DNA of 64,000 nucleotides from the NCBI GenBank assembly GCA_964035545.1, contig OZ037769.1:10012633-10076632 (forward strand), read 5' to 3'. Below are positions 36,335 through 64,000 of this stretch, in pieces. The notes under the pieces are model-generated. The model saw nothing but the letters and a program-made list of their open reading frames with translations, did not search any database and was not told where the DNA came from. Source of the stretch: Bugula neritina. Lineage: Eukaryota; Animalia; Bryozoa. Every line of letters begins with the position of its first letter. Position 1 is the stretch's first letter. The position numbers were made by a program, and so were the translations under genes.

Positions 36335-36490
36335 TACACAAGTTTATAGTCACCATCCTCGTGAGAACCTCTGGTGGAAAGGTTTTTTCCTAAAGCAGGC
36401 TAAAAACTTATTCATATGTGGCACAAGAGCAATTATGACTAGATGCTCTTCTTAATATTATCAATAGCTTGTATTCGAGATCAAACCTAT
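36335..36490 (-). mobile_element. tRNA-derived SINE, degenerate head (same family)
   Basis: CAAGTTTATAGTCACCATCCTCGTGAGAACC...TTATTCATATGTGGCACAAGAGCAATTATGACTAGATGCTCTT is the reverse complement of the core and tail. Confidence 0.75.
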
Positions 36491-38777
36491 AATTATTTTG
36501 AGTTTACTAAACCAGTGTTTTGAGGGTCAAGTTATATGATAGTATTCAATAGTGACAGTGAAGAAAATCTTTACAGTAATATATATCACAACTTATGATA
36601 ATAGCCAACAAAATAATTCAAAAGCTCATTTAGTTTAGAGAAATAAAAGATTTTAACAAAGGACTGTTAATTTCAGCAGTCTGGATTATTAAAAACACAA
36701 GTTGCTGTAATGATGTCCTTTTGCATAAGTTAAGATAAATATGTGTTGAATCGGAGTTGTCCCACTTGTAGGTAGGAAAATAAAATTTGAGAGCACATTT
36801 AGGAACGCAATAGACAGCCACCCACCTTTTTCCTCTTCTTAGTCATTAACTCAAGTTTTATGTACTTTAGCAAAGAACTTAAATGACACTAGCTTCCTAC
36901 GTAGCTAATGTATCCAAGTGTTATCACTGAGCCACATGTTTAGTTACATATAGGCCTATATATGCATTAGCAAATATATGACAACATAACAGCTGTACTT
37001 TTATTTTAACTCAGCAATTTGACTCGTAGATATGTAATACTGACTAGTTGTGTAAACAAAAACCCTAAACATTCTGTTTTTATTTAATAATTTTTCAAAT
37101 AATATACTCTACACTACTGGTACCATACTTCTCTTTATTGAACAGATATAAATTTGTTACACATACATAAAAGAAATTTTCGAATATACTAAATAACTAT
37201 TTTCTCTCAAAACAAAAAGTTGCTAAAGAAAGTTAGTGATTCTGATATCATGAGAAAAGCATGTGTAAAGGTCGACTCACTATTCCTTTAATATCACTCA
37301 CTCACTCACTCATTTGGCTTTGGGACGATATAACAGACTGTGCTACTACAACTGATGAACTGATTTTCACCGAATAACTTGTATGTTTTAGTTGCACCTA
37401 CTTTCTTTAGAAACTGCATGTATTTGCTGCAGATCTTTCAAAGCTTTACACACTCAGCTTTGAGGCTGATTATGTTAGTGAAAAATTGTTACTGTAAACA
37501 ACACAGATATATACTAGTTTTTACTATTTTAGCCTTTTGTGTTGAGCTAGATGTTTTTTGTATATTATAGATTCAAAACTTTTGATTGGAAATTTTTCAA
37601 ATAAACATCAAACTATATTATGCTTCTCTTCCAACGTACTTACATAAGCTTATAGGTAATCAATAGGGCAGTGGCTAATCTGACAAGCTACAAACCTTAG
37701 TATGTGCAAGAAAATAACATTATTAACTTCTGATTAATTAATATACAATGATTATATGTGATAGTAACCATCTGACAGCATGCACATAAATTATATTATG
37801 TTGTATTCACCAATTCCTACTAGCAAAATTTTCAATAAATCTATACAAGTGTAGTTAGTTATGCAAACTATGAGAATATAGCAACTTATTGAATCTTATA
37901 ACTATTGGGTAATGAATTATATTGGCTTATCATATCTGAGCCTGTGTCAACTACCTATATAAATACCCAATCAAGGCTGTTAAAACTTAATAAGATGCTA
38001 TTTCGATTATATAATACTCTATGACGCCATTTGTCTGTCTGCCACCCACTGTAACAGCTGCAGGATTATGATCCCCTTTAACTATAGAACCTAGAATAAA
38101 GTGCTTTGTGTAATGTTTTTATAAAAAGTTGACCGAAGTGTGGACAGGTCATAAGTCTAAAGCAAACGAACTTGAAATAAACTTGTTTACTTTTACGATT
38201 TCTTGCCTTACTTTTTGCTTCCTTTTTACTATACTCTAATAGTCTGAACCAGCACAGCTCTTGGTTTCTTTGATTAAATATACTTCCTTGAGTCACACGC
38301 AGTCATTTTGTTCATTGCTAGTGAGCAATACGCAGTCATCTCCATGGCAAGTATTATAGGGTGGTCAACACACATATGTATATAGTGTGTAAAACTTGGT
38401 TAAGGTAGGTTAAGTTTGGTATCACTGACTAATTTGATTAGCGAGTTACTAATTAATCTTGTCCCAGGGGAGTTTGTAAATAGGAAAGTCAAACTACTAA
38501 ATCTTGTAACTCAAAACTGGTAAACTACAGTAAAGACAGTCAGTTATTACTAAGACTTTCAAGCATATAACAAGTGCTAATTCATCCCAGGGGTAATAAA
38601 CCGATAGATCTTTAAATAAATTGTATTGATCACAATAGAGTAGATGGCTGTGTAACTTATGCTATAGATGTCACAATTTACTTTTTATTAAAAGTGATTT
38701 GAACTGCAGCTCACGTTGTAGACAGATTTGTTAGAAAATAAAATATAACAAACTGTATAAGCATTACGGAGTGTAAG

Positions 38778-38804
38778 ATGGAGGATTTTGATACTGATGA
38801 TGAG
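38778..38804 (+). CDS. DPP10: DPP10-like alternative first coding exon C (MEDFDTDDE)
   Basis: AAGATGG context; 9 codons; phase-0 donor GAG|GTTAGT. Gives DDE-ELVGS, like the acidic DE-ELVGS junction of long DPP6 isoforms. Acceptor at ~38721; upstream donor AAG|GTAGGT at 38404. Confidence 0.65.
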
Positions 38805-40133
38805 GTTAGTTGTCTTTAGTGCCCAGCCATTTACTAAGTTTACTTATTATTGTTTTCTTTTACGAATATTGACAAGGTTGATAAGATTGACAACATTGGC
38901 AAGAGCAGTTATAATGTATTAAATATTTAGAGCTGTATTATATCTCGGCACCACACTGGGTTCATGCATATCGAGCAATATATGTTTGCATAGACAATTA
39001 ACATTTCCAAGCCATGTTGTTTTACTATAATATGTACTTAATGTTATGATTATATAATGTATATACAACATATACAGCAATTGAACCCTGGGAGCTGCAT
39101 ATTTACATATAGGTACACCACCATTGCCTTTGTACTATTTACTCTATCCAGTAGTATTGACCATTTAGCATTGACCCAATCCAAGTTGTAATAAATAGAA
39201 TGCTGTTTCTGAAGCATGAGGGATTTATTAATTGTTAAAGTTAAACTGAAACTCTATTTTATGACTCCAATCGAAACGACTTTTCAAATAATAATAATAT
39301 AGTCAAGATTAATTAATAATTATACTCATGTTTGCTTTTGCAAATGCTGAACATTCAATTTTTATAGCTATAGTGATAGGTAATGCAATTGACATGCTAA
39401 GATATTTTATAGTTTTTAACTATTTTTACATTTGTATAATTTCGTTCACCAAACATCACCAAACTGGAGTGCGGAGACTTGAAAACTATATTAGCTATAG
39501 CATTCTGAACACATTTACTCAAATCAGAATGATTTCAAACACAGCTATACTACGTAATGAAAATCTTCTAGCATTTCTATCTTTTAAATGCTTCATGTAT
39601 TTCATTCAGTAATTTTGAATGCACTCCTTATAATAAATTAATTATATATTGATTCAACTTTGATTATGCACCAGGTCACCATAAAAATTGTGTTGCCTAC
39701 AAAATTATCTTGCCATACAGGCATGCTGTTATAGTATATTATAATATATTAGTATATATAGCATATATAGTATATAAAGTATATAGTATATTATAGCTAT
39801 TCTACTATATCACACATGATATAGTTCATGCATGAGCTATGTGTGATATATACTATAATAGCTCTGAACATCTAAGCACTAAAAACTGGCCAATAAGTTA
39901 AAACTGCCACTGTTCCTTATATTCATGGAATACAATATCGAGTACTTTGCAAACTTTGCCAACAAGTATTGAAGCGTTTAAAAGTCAATATGAAATTTAT
40001 AGGTGTAGATGCTACACGGAAATAATATGAATGGGATATTTAAAATATTCTTAGCAGTAAATTCATCTCATCTTAAATTGTCTATAAGCTTGGAGTTTAT
40101 TTTCTACAAGTTAAACTCAACTGATTCTTGCAG

Positions 40134-40196
40134 GTGGCATTATGTGTTCTAAACCCAAGCTGGGGTTTTAATGTGCCGTTTTGCATTCTGCGACCA
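40134..40196 (+). CDS. Candidate in-frame cassette exon of the DPP10-like gene (VALCVLNPSWGFNVPFCILRP)
   Basis: TTCTTGCAG acceptor; 63 nt; phase 0-0; no stop; donor CCA|GTGGGT; followed by a long U/UG-rich tract. Confidence 0.4.
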
Positions 40197-41420
40197 GTGG
40201 GTGGAGTTTAGGCAGTTTTTTGGAATACTCTAATTTCTAATTTCTTTGCTGCTTTATTTGATTGATTTGATTTGCCAGTGCAAATTTCATGACTTTTGAC
40301 TAAATTTTTGCATTTGGTTTTGTTCTGCATTGTATCTGTTTGCGTGTTGTTCATTGTTTTGTAACTGGCTCTGTAAAGTTGGAGCTTTGTGGTTATTTTT
40401 GTAAATTTGATGTTTTGTGCTTACAAGAGTTGCAGTTTCATCAGAATTATCTTTTTTAAGTTTGTCAAAAACCCTAAAAGTTTAAAAGTTTTAGAATAAA
40501 AATATGTTTGATAAATATAAGTCCAATTTTAAGGCATTTTAACTTAACTGTCAGTTGTATCAATAGAAATCAATTATAATTGTGCTGACTGTATGAACAT
40601 ATCATCATATTCACTAGAAGACTTGCCATGCAGCAGGTAGCTTGTCTTAGCATGCTCCCATGTGAATAAAAACATAAAGGAAGTGCTGCGCAAAGCAAAT
40701 GGTATTTCTGCATATTTTAATACTACATGGGTAGCACATTTTAAATACAGTAAAGGCAGTTGCAGCTAGTTTAAAATAACATGCTGCTTAATACAAACCT
40801 CCCCCTCCCTATCTTACATCAATTTATTGTCCCATTTTGCTGCAAAACATGAACAAGTTCCTCAAGGTTTATCCTTTGTTCCAACCACTGCAAATTTTGT
40901 TGCAGTATTATGAAACAATTTTCTTTTTACTGAAGTTTTATCCATTCGCGCTTACTTGCTTATTTGCATAATTTACTTGTGTGTGTGCATGTGTGTGTGT
41001 GTGCGTGCGTGCGTGTGTGTGTGTGACATTTTTTATTGAACTATGCTTAGCCTACTTTACGTTTCCATCATATACCTATTTCATATATTATAAGATTACA
41101 TATACCACTCGCATCAGCTTTGCCGCACACTTATTATTCATTTGCATTCTGAAGGTTGCCTTCATGTTTGCTACTTGTAGCTCATTATTGTGTATTTTGT
41201 GAATCTCATTGACTTAATATCTAATGCATTATTAATACTGCAAATTAGTTATGCATCCACTGGGATTACTGAATTCAACTTAATGAAATATTTGTATGCT
41301 GCATGGTCAGTGCAGTCAACATATTCAGCCCGAGCAACTGGATAAATTGTTATTCGAAATTTAAGAGTTCTAGATTTACTTATTTGCTACTAACTGGCAT
41401 CGCTAATTCACTGGGATATA

Positions 41421-41573
41421 ATGAACTCAACTTCTGCTAGAGTAACTGATTATTTTGACACAGTTTCTGAAGAATTTGACTTCTTTGATGAGTCGGTTAC
41501 TTCTGTGTCCTGCTTGCTCAGTTTTGCTACACAGTGCTGTGGAGCTTGCACTAACCATGCAATGCATGGAAAG
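41421..41573 (+). CDS. DPP10: DPP10-like alternative first coding exon D (MNSTSARV...CCGACTNHAMHGK)
   Basis: First ATG after an Inr-like TCAGTGCAGTC (~41307-41317); 51 codons; phase-0 donor AAG|GTACTT (weak). Confidence 0.5.
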
Positions 41574-41774
41574 GTACTTGCAAAAACAGAGCTATTAAAT
41601 GCTCAACCTTACATTATCTTAAAAATAGTTGTACATTATCAACTAAGCAGACTATGCAGAGAAAAGGGCTGCAAACATGTTCTTTTTTATCATATATGTA
41701 AAAATCATGAGTTTAAATGCTGATGAGTAATAGTTCCATTAATGTTGGCATATTATCATTAGACTAAACTAATA

Positions 41775-41960
41775 ATGTCAGACTATAAGGTATCAGACTG
41801 TCAGACTAGGTATGAGATAAGGTGTCAGAATCGGTGTCAAAATAGGTAGCAGACTGTCAGAATATGTGTCAGACTAGGTGTCAGAATAGGTATCAGACTG
41901 TCAGACTAGGTATCAGACTGTCAGAATAGGTATCAAAGTGTCAGATTAGGTATCAGGCTA
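41775..41960. repeat. Degenerate GTATCAGACT/GTCAGACTAG composite minisatellite
   Basis: Direct inspection. Confidence 0.8.
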
Positions 41961-42344
41961 GCAAAATAGGCTTAAACGAAAGAAACTGCTATAATTATAT
42001 AGGGTAGAGCTTGTAAGCCTTGAATACCACTATCAACCTCACATATGTACCATACATGATGTTTTTAATATTCTTTTGTTTGATATAGTCATGTGTAATA
42101 GATGCTAGCATCTATGAGATGTACAAAACAGTTACAGTTTTAAGAATTTATTGAAAGTCAAGAAATTCCGCTTTATAAAATCAGTTACACATTAGGTATC
42201 ATAATAGAATAAAAAGCTAAAAGTGCAACTAGATAAATATTAAGGCGGTAGCAAAAATTAAAATGATAACTTAGTTAAATGTAAATTATGCCAGGTCTCT
42301 TTTGGTGTAAAAAGGTGTCTAGATTGAACTTATTAAAATGTCAG

Positions 42345-42560
42345 TGCATAGCATGGTGTGGTCTGGCGTGATGTGTTGGGGTATGATATGATGTGTGGTG
42401 TGTTACAGTGCAATATGGTGAGGTATGCACTTAAAGTATAGTGTGTTGTGGTGTGGTGTGGTAAGATATGACTGTGTAGTTTGGTATGGAACAGTGTGAA
42501 GTGGTATACACTTATAGTATGGTACAGTATAATGTAGTACCATATTATATGGTATATTAT
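42345..42560. repeat. Degenerate pentamer (TGGTG/TAGTA) tract ahead of the common DPP exon acceptor
   Basis: 5-bp periodicity visible. Confidence 0.7.
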
Positions 42561-42607
42561 ATCTATTTCAGTAACACTCATTACAATATTTGCATATTGT
42601 ATTACAG

Positions 42608-59528
<16,921 letters not shown>

Positions 59529-59718
59529 AATTGGCAGGAGAATGAATAATATGGATTTCTTTATGTAGTATAACTATACAACTGTTCCTTGTGCATAACT
59601 ATCTTGTAGAAGTATGCTAAGTATGCTGAGCTTTAACTTATTGACAATTGCAATGACTTGGGACATTATATTATGCAAAGAATCTTGTCAGCGTTTTATA
59701 AGAACGTACAATAGTGAA

Positions 59719-59740
59719 ATAAAGTTTTATTCCTAATAAA
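59719..59740 (+). terminator. Probable polyadenylation signals of the DPP10-like gene
   Basis: Two AATAAA about 190-210 nt after the stop codon at 59528. Confidence 0.45.
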
Positions 59741-60007
59741 GGTTTTTCAGATATGCATAACTATTATAAACTTATTTGCATATAATTATTCAAAGCTGTA
59801 GTACTTTCTACTGTAAGCGGTCATACTTATTCACTGTAAAATCATGTTGTTTTATATGTATGTATTAGATGTTGGCTACATGAATTCTTACTGGTAGTAT
59901 TACACTGCATACTTTTTGTTAATTTTGAAAAGATTTTTTAGCTGCATATTTTGTAAATAAAATATTTTTATAATTAGTAATATCTAACTTAGTTCTATAT
60001 GTTTATG

Positions 60008-60078
60008 CGTATATATATGTGTGCATATGTGTGCATATGTGTGCATATGTGTGCATATGTGTGCATATGCATGTGCGT

Positions 60079-60170
<92 letters not shown>

Positions 60171-60243
60171 ATGTGTACCCATGTGTGTATATGTGTGTAT
60201 GGGTGCGCATATGTGTGCATATATGTGTGCATGTGTGTGTGTA
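60008..60243. repeat. Compound (ATATGTGTGC)n/(GCGTGT)n/(GT)n microsatellite
   Basis: Direct inspection. Confidence 0.95.
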
Positions 60244-60462
60244 AACCTATTTTGGGTCTACTAGTTAGGACTTCTAATTTTATCTTATCCCTTACAATTT
60301 TACCAATTAGTGTAACATCTTCAATAAAATTATAGGTGCATACCATTTTCTTAGACCCCTAGTCAAGGATATACTTCAACATGGCATAATATATTTCAAC
60401 AATGATACTGAAGAAGCCTTTCAAAAACTGCTCATATAAATTGCACTAAATGTTGTTTGTCC

Positions 60463-60624
60463 AATCACTGCGTTTCCATGGCTTCCATTATGCGAATGGA
60501 TGCTCATCTGGATGAATTTGTAGTTTGAATGAACTTATGGCTGTGGTTTATTTCGGTGCAACTGTTTCCAAATATCAAGTGAAAAATTTATACACATTAT
60601 AAGAAACTTGGAAACGCAGTGATT
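60463..60624. mobile_element. 162-bp MITE (Harbinger-like TIR)
   Basis: Perfect 16-bp TIR AATCACTGCGTTTCCA / TGGAAACGCAGTGATT. Confidence 0.75.
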
Positions 60625-60989
60625 ATGCTGAACAGTGATTGGAACTTGGAACACTTGTACACTACACTACACAATATAATTATAGAGTTATTTCCTCGAT
60701 ATGTCGATTATACCAACAATGCGCGTGCGTAACAACGTGTGAAGCCTTACGTATCCATCTGTAGACGTCATTTTCAACTTTATATGGAACTACTGTTGCA
60801 GTCAGAGGACATTCAGTTTCAGTTTACACGCAACACTCACCTAGAGTTAGTAATAGTTATACGCAGTTAGAGTTTCACTCATTCATTGACCAATCTCAAT
60901 CTGATTCGACCTCGCATTGTTTCCCAACTCTCAATGTTCTCCTAGTGCTAAAATTTAGAGCTGTTTAATCTAATTTAAATTACCATAAC

Positions 60990-61350
60990 GGTGGATTACT
61001 CATACTCATAGTCATTACTCTTACTCTTAGTCTTAGACTTACAGTTACACTTGCAATTGCACTTACTCAGTTACTGTTAGCCATTAGGCATAGTCATAGC
61101 GTTACACTTGACTTAGTCTTACAGTTACACGTACTGTTTGAATTTAGAGTTCAAGCCTTAGAGTTAGACTTCCTTTTAGTCTTACTCTTAGAGTAAGAGT
61201 TACTGTTGGTGATCGAATTTGCCTTTGCAGTTTTAGTTTGCAGCTGTACATCCACTTCAAACCCACAAACCTTAGTCAAAGTGCAGCTATCATTCTCATT
61301 GACTCTAATTATAAACTTAAAAGTCATTGTGATTGTAGCCTAGTCCAAGG
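60990..61350. repeat. Cryptic hexamer-periodic tract upstream of DERL2
   Basis: TACTCT TACTCT TAGTCT TAGACT TACAGT TACACT TGCAAT TGCACT. Confidence 0.75.
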
Positions 61351-61678
61351 AGTAGATAAAATCCTTAACTTTTGGTAGTAATATTGACAACATTACTATT
61401 AGTATTTGACTCATTCACCATTAGGATTAGCAATTTATTATTGCTAAAAATCTTATTTTGAAATGAGCAAGAGTTGAAATAAACGTGCTATAGTGTATTA
61501 CTATAAGTTATACTTATAATACAACTATCTTATTCTCCTACCGAGGATTAGTATAGAGGAATAAAACTAATAAATATCGCAGTCTGAGTGAGTACGACTA
61601 ATCACTAATCTAATGTTGATCAAATTAAATCAAGTTGACTGAAGCGCAATCATTATCGTGACTGATTAATAAATTATT

Positions 61679-63871
61679 ATGGCATACCAGAGCTTTCAGC
61701 AAGAATATTTTTTGATACCTCCCATCACTAGAGCATACACAACGTCATGTGTGTTGACAACACTTGCAGTGGTAAGTAAGCTTAATTTCATATTTGACTG
61801 AATTTTTCTCATTTGATCTTTTACAATGACAATAGCAATTAAATATTTATTTGTTATTATTATTAACGTGGCTTTGCAGGATTTTGATAATCCCAAAGTT
61901 TATACACCCAGCATTATTGTGATTGCTTACCAGTAGACCCTAAGACCATTAAGTAGAGTATGTAGCATTGCTATTAAAACAATAAAAAACTTATGGAATA
62001 AGTTTGATCATTTGTTTTATTTGGAGCAACATTTTTGGTACCTTCAAAAAGCTGTTTTTGTAATTTTCTATAACCATGATTAGTTTAAATCAAGCCACTC
62101 GAACCAGGCCAAGATTATCTTGGTCAGGCTACAGAGTAGCCTTTTTAGTAAAACCATTTGAATATTTCATGGTGAAAAACAATTATTTTTAGTTTTTGTT
62201 GTAGCAACTGGACTTAGTTACTCCTTTCCAACTGTACTTTAACCCTGCGCAGATTCTCAAAGGGCAGGTAGGTGGTAATGGTTTAAATTATTAGTAATCA
62301 TTCATATAGCAAAGTTGTTACTCTTTCAATGGTTTAACCTTTTTGATCTGTTGTATATATAGCCGCAAAGAAATTGTTCAATTTGTGTGACTACTGTTAT
62401 GACTGTTTTTAAGTTTCTCAATAATTGCCATTCTGTTGCACACAGTTGCTGTATTAAAACAAGATTACTTTAAATGTGAGTTATACTTAAATGTTATAAT
62501 TTAGCTGTTAAGTTGGTTTTATTTGAGTGCTAAATATTAAATCAATACGAAAAAAATATTGTTGCCTTATTTTAAGTTAGTTTTGTCACAAATTTGAAAT
62601 TTGAAATTTATAACTTTATAAAATTTATTATGTTGGATCTATAAACGTATTGGTGTTTCTTTTTTTCCCCTTTAGTTATGGCGAATCTTTACAAACTTCA
62701 TGTTTTTTGGAACGTTTGGATTCAATTTTCTGTTCAACATGATATTCACATACCGGTATTGCCGCATGCTGGAGGAGGGCTCGTTTAGAGGACGTACAGC
62801 TGATTTCTTCTTCATGTTCTTGTTTGGTGGCACACTGATGTCCGTATCCTTGAGATTCTGGCATCATTTTCCAACTATCATAATATTTTATGGATACTGA
62901 GTAGTAGGCTGCTTGTAAACATTGTCTCTTTATATGTTGAACATTAAACATGTACAAGCAAAATGGGCTATTAAAGTTATAATATCCTTTACCGTATTGA
63001 ACTTGTTTACCTGTGGACAAATTCTACACTACCGTGATGGTAAAGCATTTCCTACAACCTTAACATCCAAGTTTATTTACCTAACCCAATTTATGTCTTC
63101 ACATAATTAAGGCATTGAGTTATTATTTAAAATTAAAATTATTTTTGTAATTTAGTGTATTTGAAGTTTATTTTCTTTGAAAGTGTTGCTGTAACACACA
63201 CATTTTAAAGCATCTTATTGCACACCTTGCAATTTTAAACATTGCTTTAGTTTGCCAATTATTGTGCCATGTAATATCTAGCACCTAGTAGCGTTGCGGC
63301 CACTAACTCACTTTTATTTCTTTGACTAGCAGTACAGCACTCCTTTTAAATTCCTTACAGTTTCCATTTCCAGATTGTTGCAGTATTTGTACATTTAGCC
63401 TTTCTAGGTCAGGCGTTTACAATGATGTTGGTGTATATTTGGAGCAGGAGAAATCCTTACATTAGGATGAATTTCTTTGGCCTACTAAATTTTCAGGTAT
63501 TCCCAAAAATCCACTTACACCTATTTAAACCGTGTATTTTATATTTACTCACCGCTTACTTGCTTGCCAAGCTAATTTTAGTTATCAAATGAATGCAGGT
63601 ATTCTCCATAGGCCTGATTTTCAGTTAATCAAGTTGTGCTATGATTCAGGATAGGCTTCATGTTAAAGTTCTGCTGGTGCAATGACTGCCACTGCACAAC
63701 TAGTCATTCATTTTCTGCTGTGCAATAAATCTACTATTTAAAACCCAGCTCTGGATAATAGTGAAGTGGTTTGTATGGTATTTATTTACTGTTGACAGGC
63801 GCCGTACCTGCCCTGGGTTCTTCTGGCATTCTCAGTTATATTTGGAAATGCAATAATTGTAGACGCAATGG
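61679..63871 (+). CDS. DERL2: Derlin-2 (ERAD rhomboid pseudoprotease), 5' part; gene continues off the right end
   Basis: Exons 61679-61771, 62205-62267, 62676-62843, 63374-63496 and 63799-63871: [45 protein letters not shown].../[12 protein letters not shown]...[19 protein letters not shown].../[40 protein letters not shown]. Confidence 0.96.
62844..63373 (+). other. DERL2: U12-type GT-AG intron in DERL2
   Basis: 5' splice site GTATCCTTG; branch-like TTCCTTAC 63351-63358 about 15 nt before the CAG at 63371-63373. Splicing restores GGTLMS-IVAVFV. Confidence 0.85.
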
Positions 63872-64000
63872 GTAAGCTTGCTATATTTTATTGTTGTATG
63901 TACTGGTCATTTGTTATCACTAAATTTACAATTTAAAAGTTGTCCATCTTTGTAAAATCTTTTTTTGTCGTTTATCTGATAGCTAAATCATAAATAATAT

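Overview
AT-rich, intron-rich animal (invertebrate-type) genomic DNA, not prokaryotic. Most ORF-track entries are repeat or low-complexity artefacts. Four spliced genes can be rebuilt exon by exon with consistent phases. (1) GEMIN2, minus strand, truncated at the window's left edge. (2) VAC14, plus strand, head-to-head with GEMIN2, 15 coding exons (~708 aa), with a U12-type intron. (3) A ~38 kb DPP6/DPP10-like inactive S9B peptidase (Kv4 auxiliary-subunit type): 19 common exons, nucleophile motif GFGYGG, and a battery of alternative phase-0 first exons. One encodes a Shaker-ball-like MAAVAAG N-terminus and another an MNST N-terminus. Candidate recursive splice sites lie in the long first intron. 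(4) DERL2, plus strand, truncated at the right edge, also with a U12-type intron. Introns hold an RTE LINE relic, four tRNA-derived SINE copies, several MITE families, a solo LTR and many mini/microsatellites, several born at splice junctions. Both housekeeping promoter regions are wrapped in 3/6-bp periodic TA-rich sequence.
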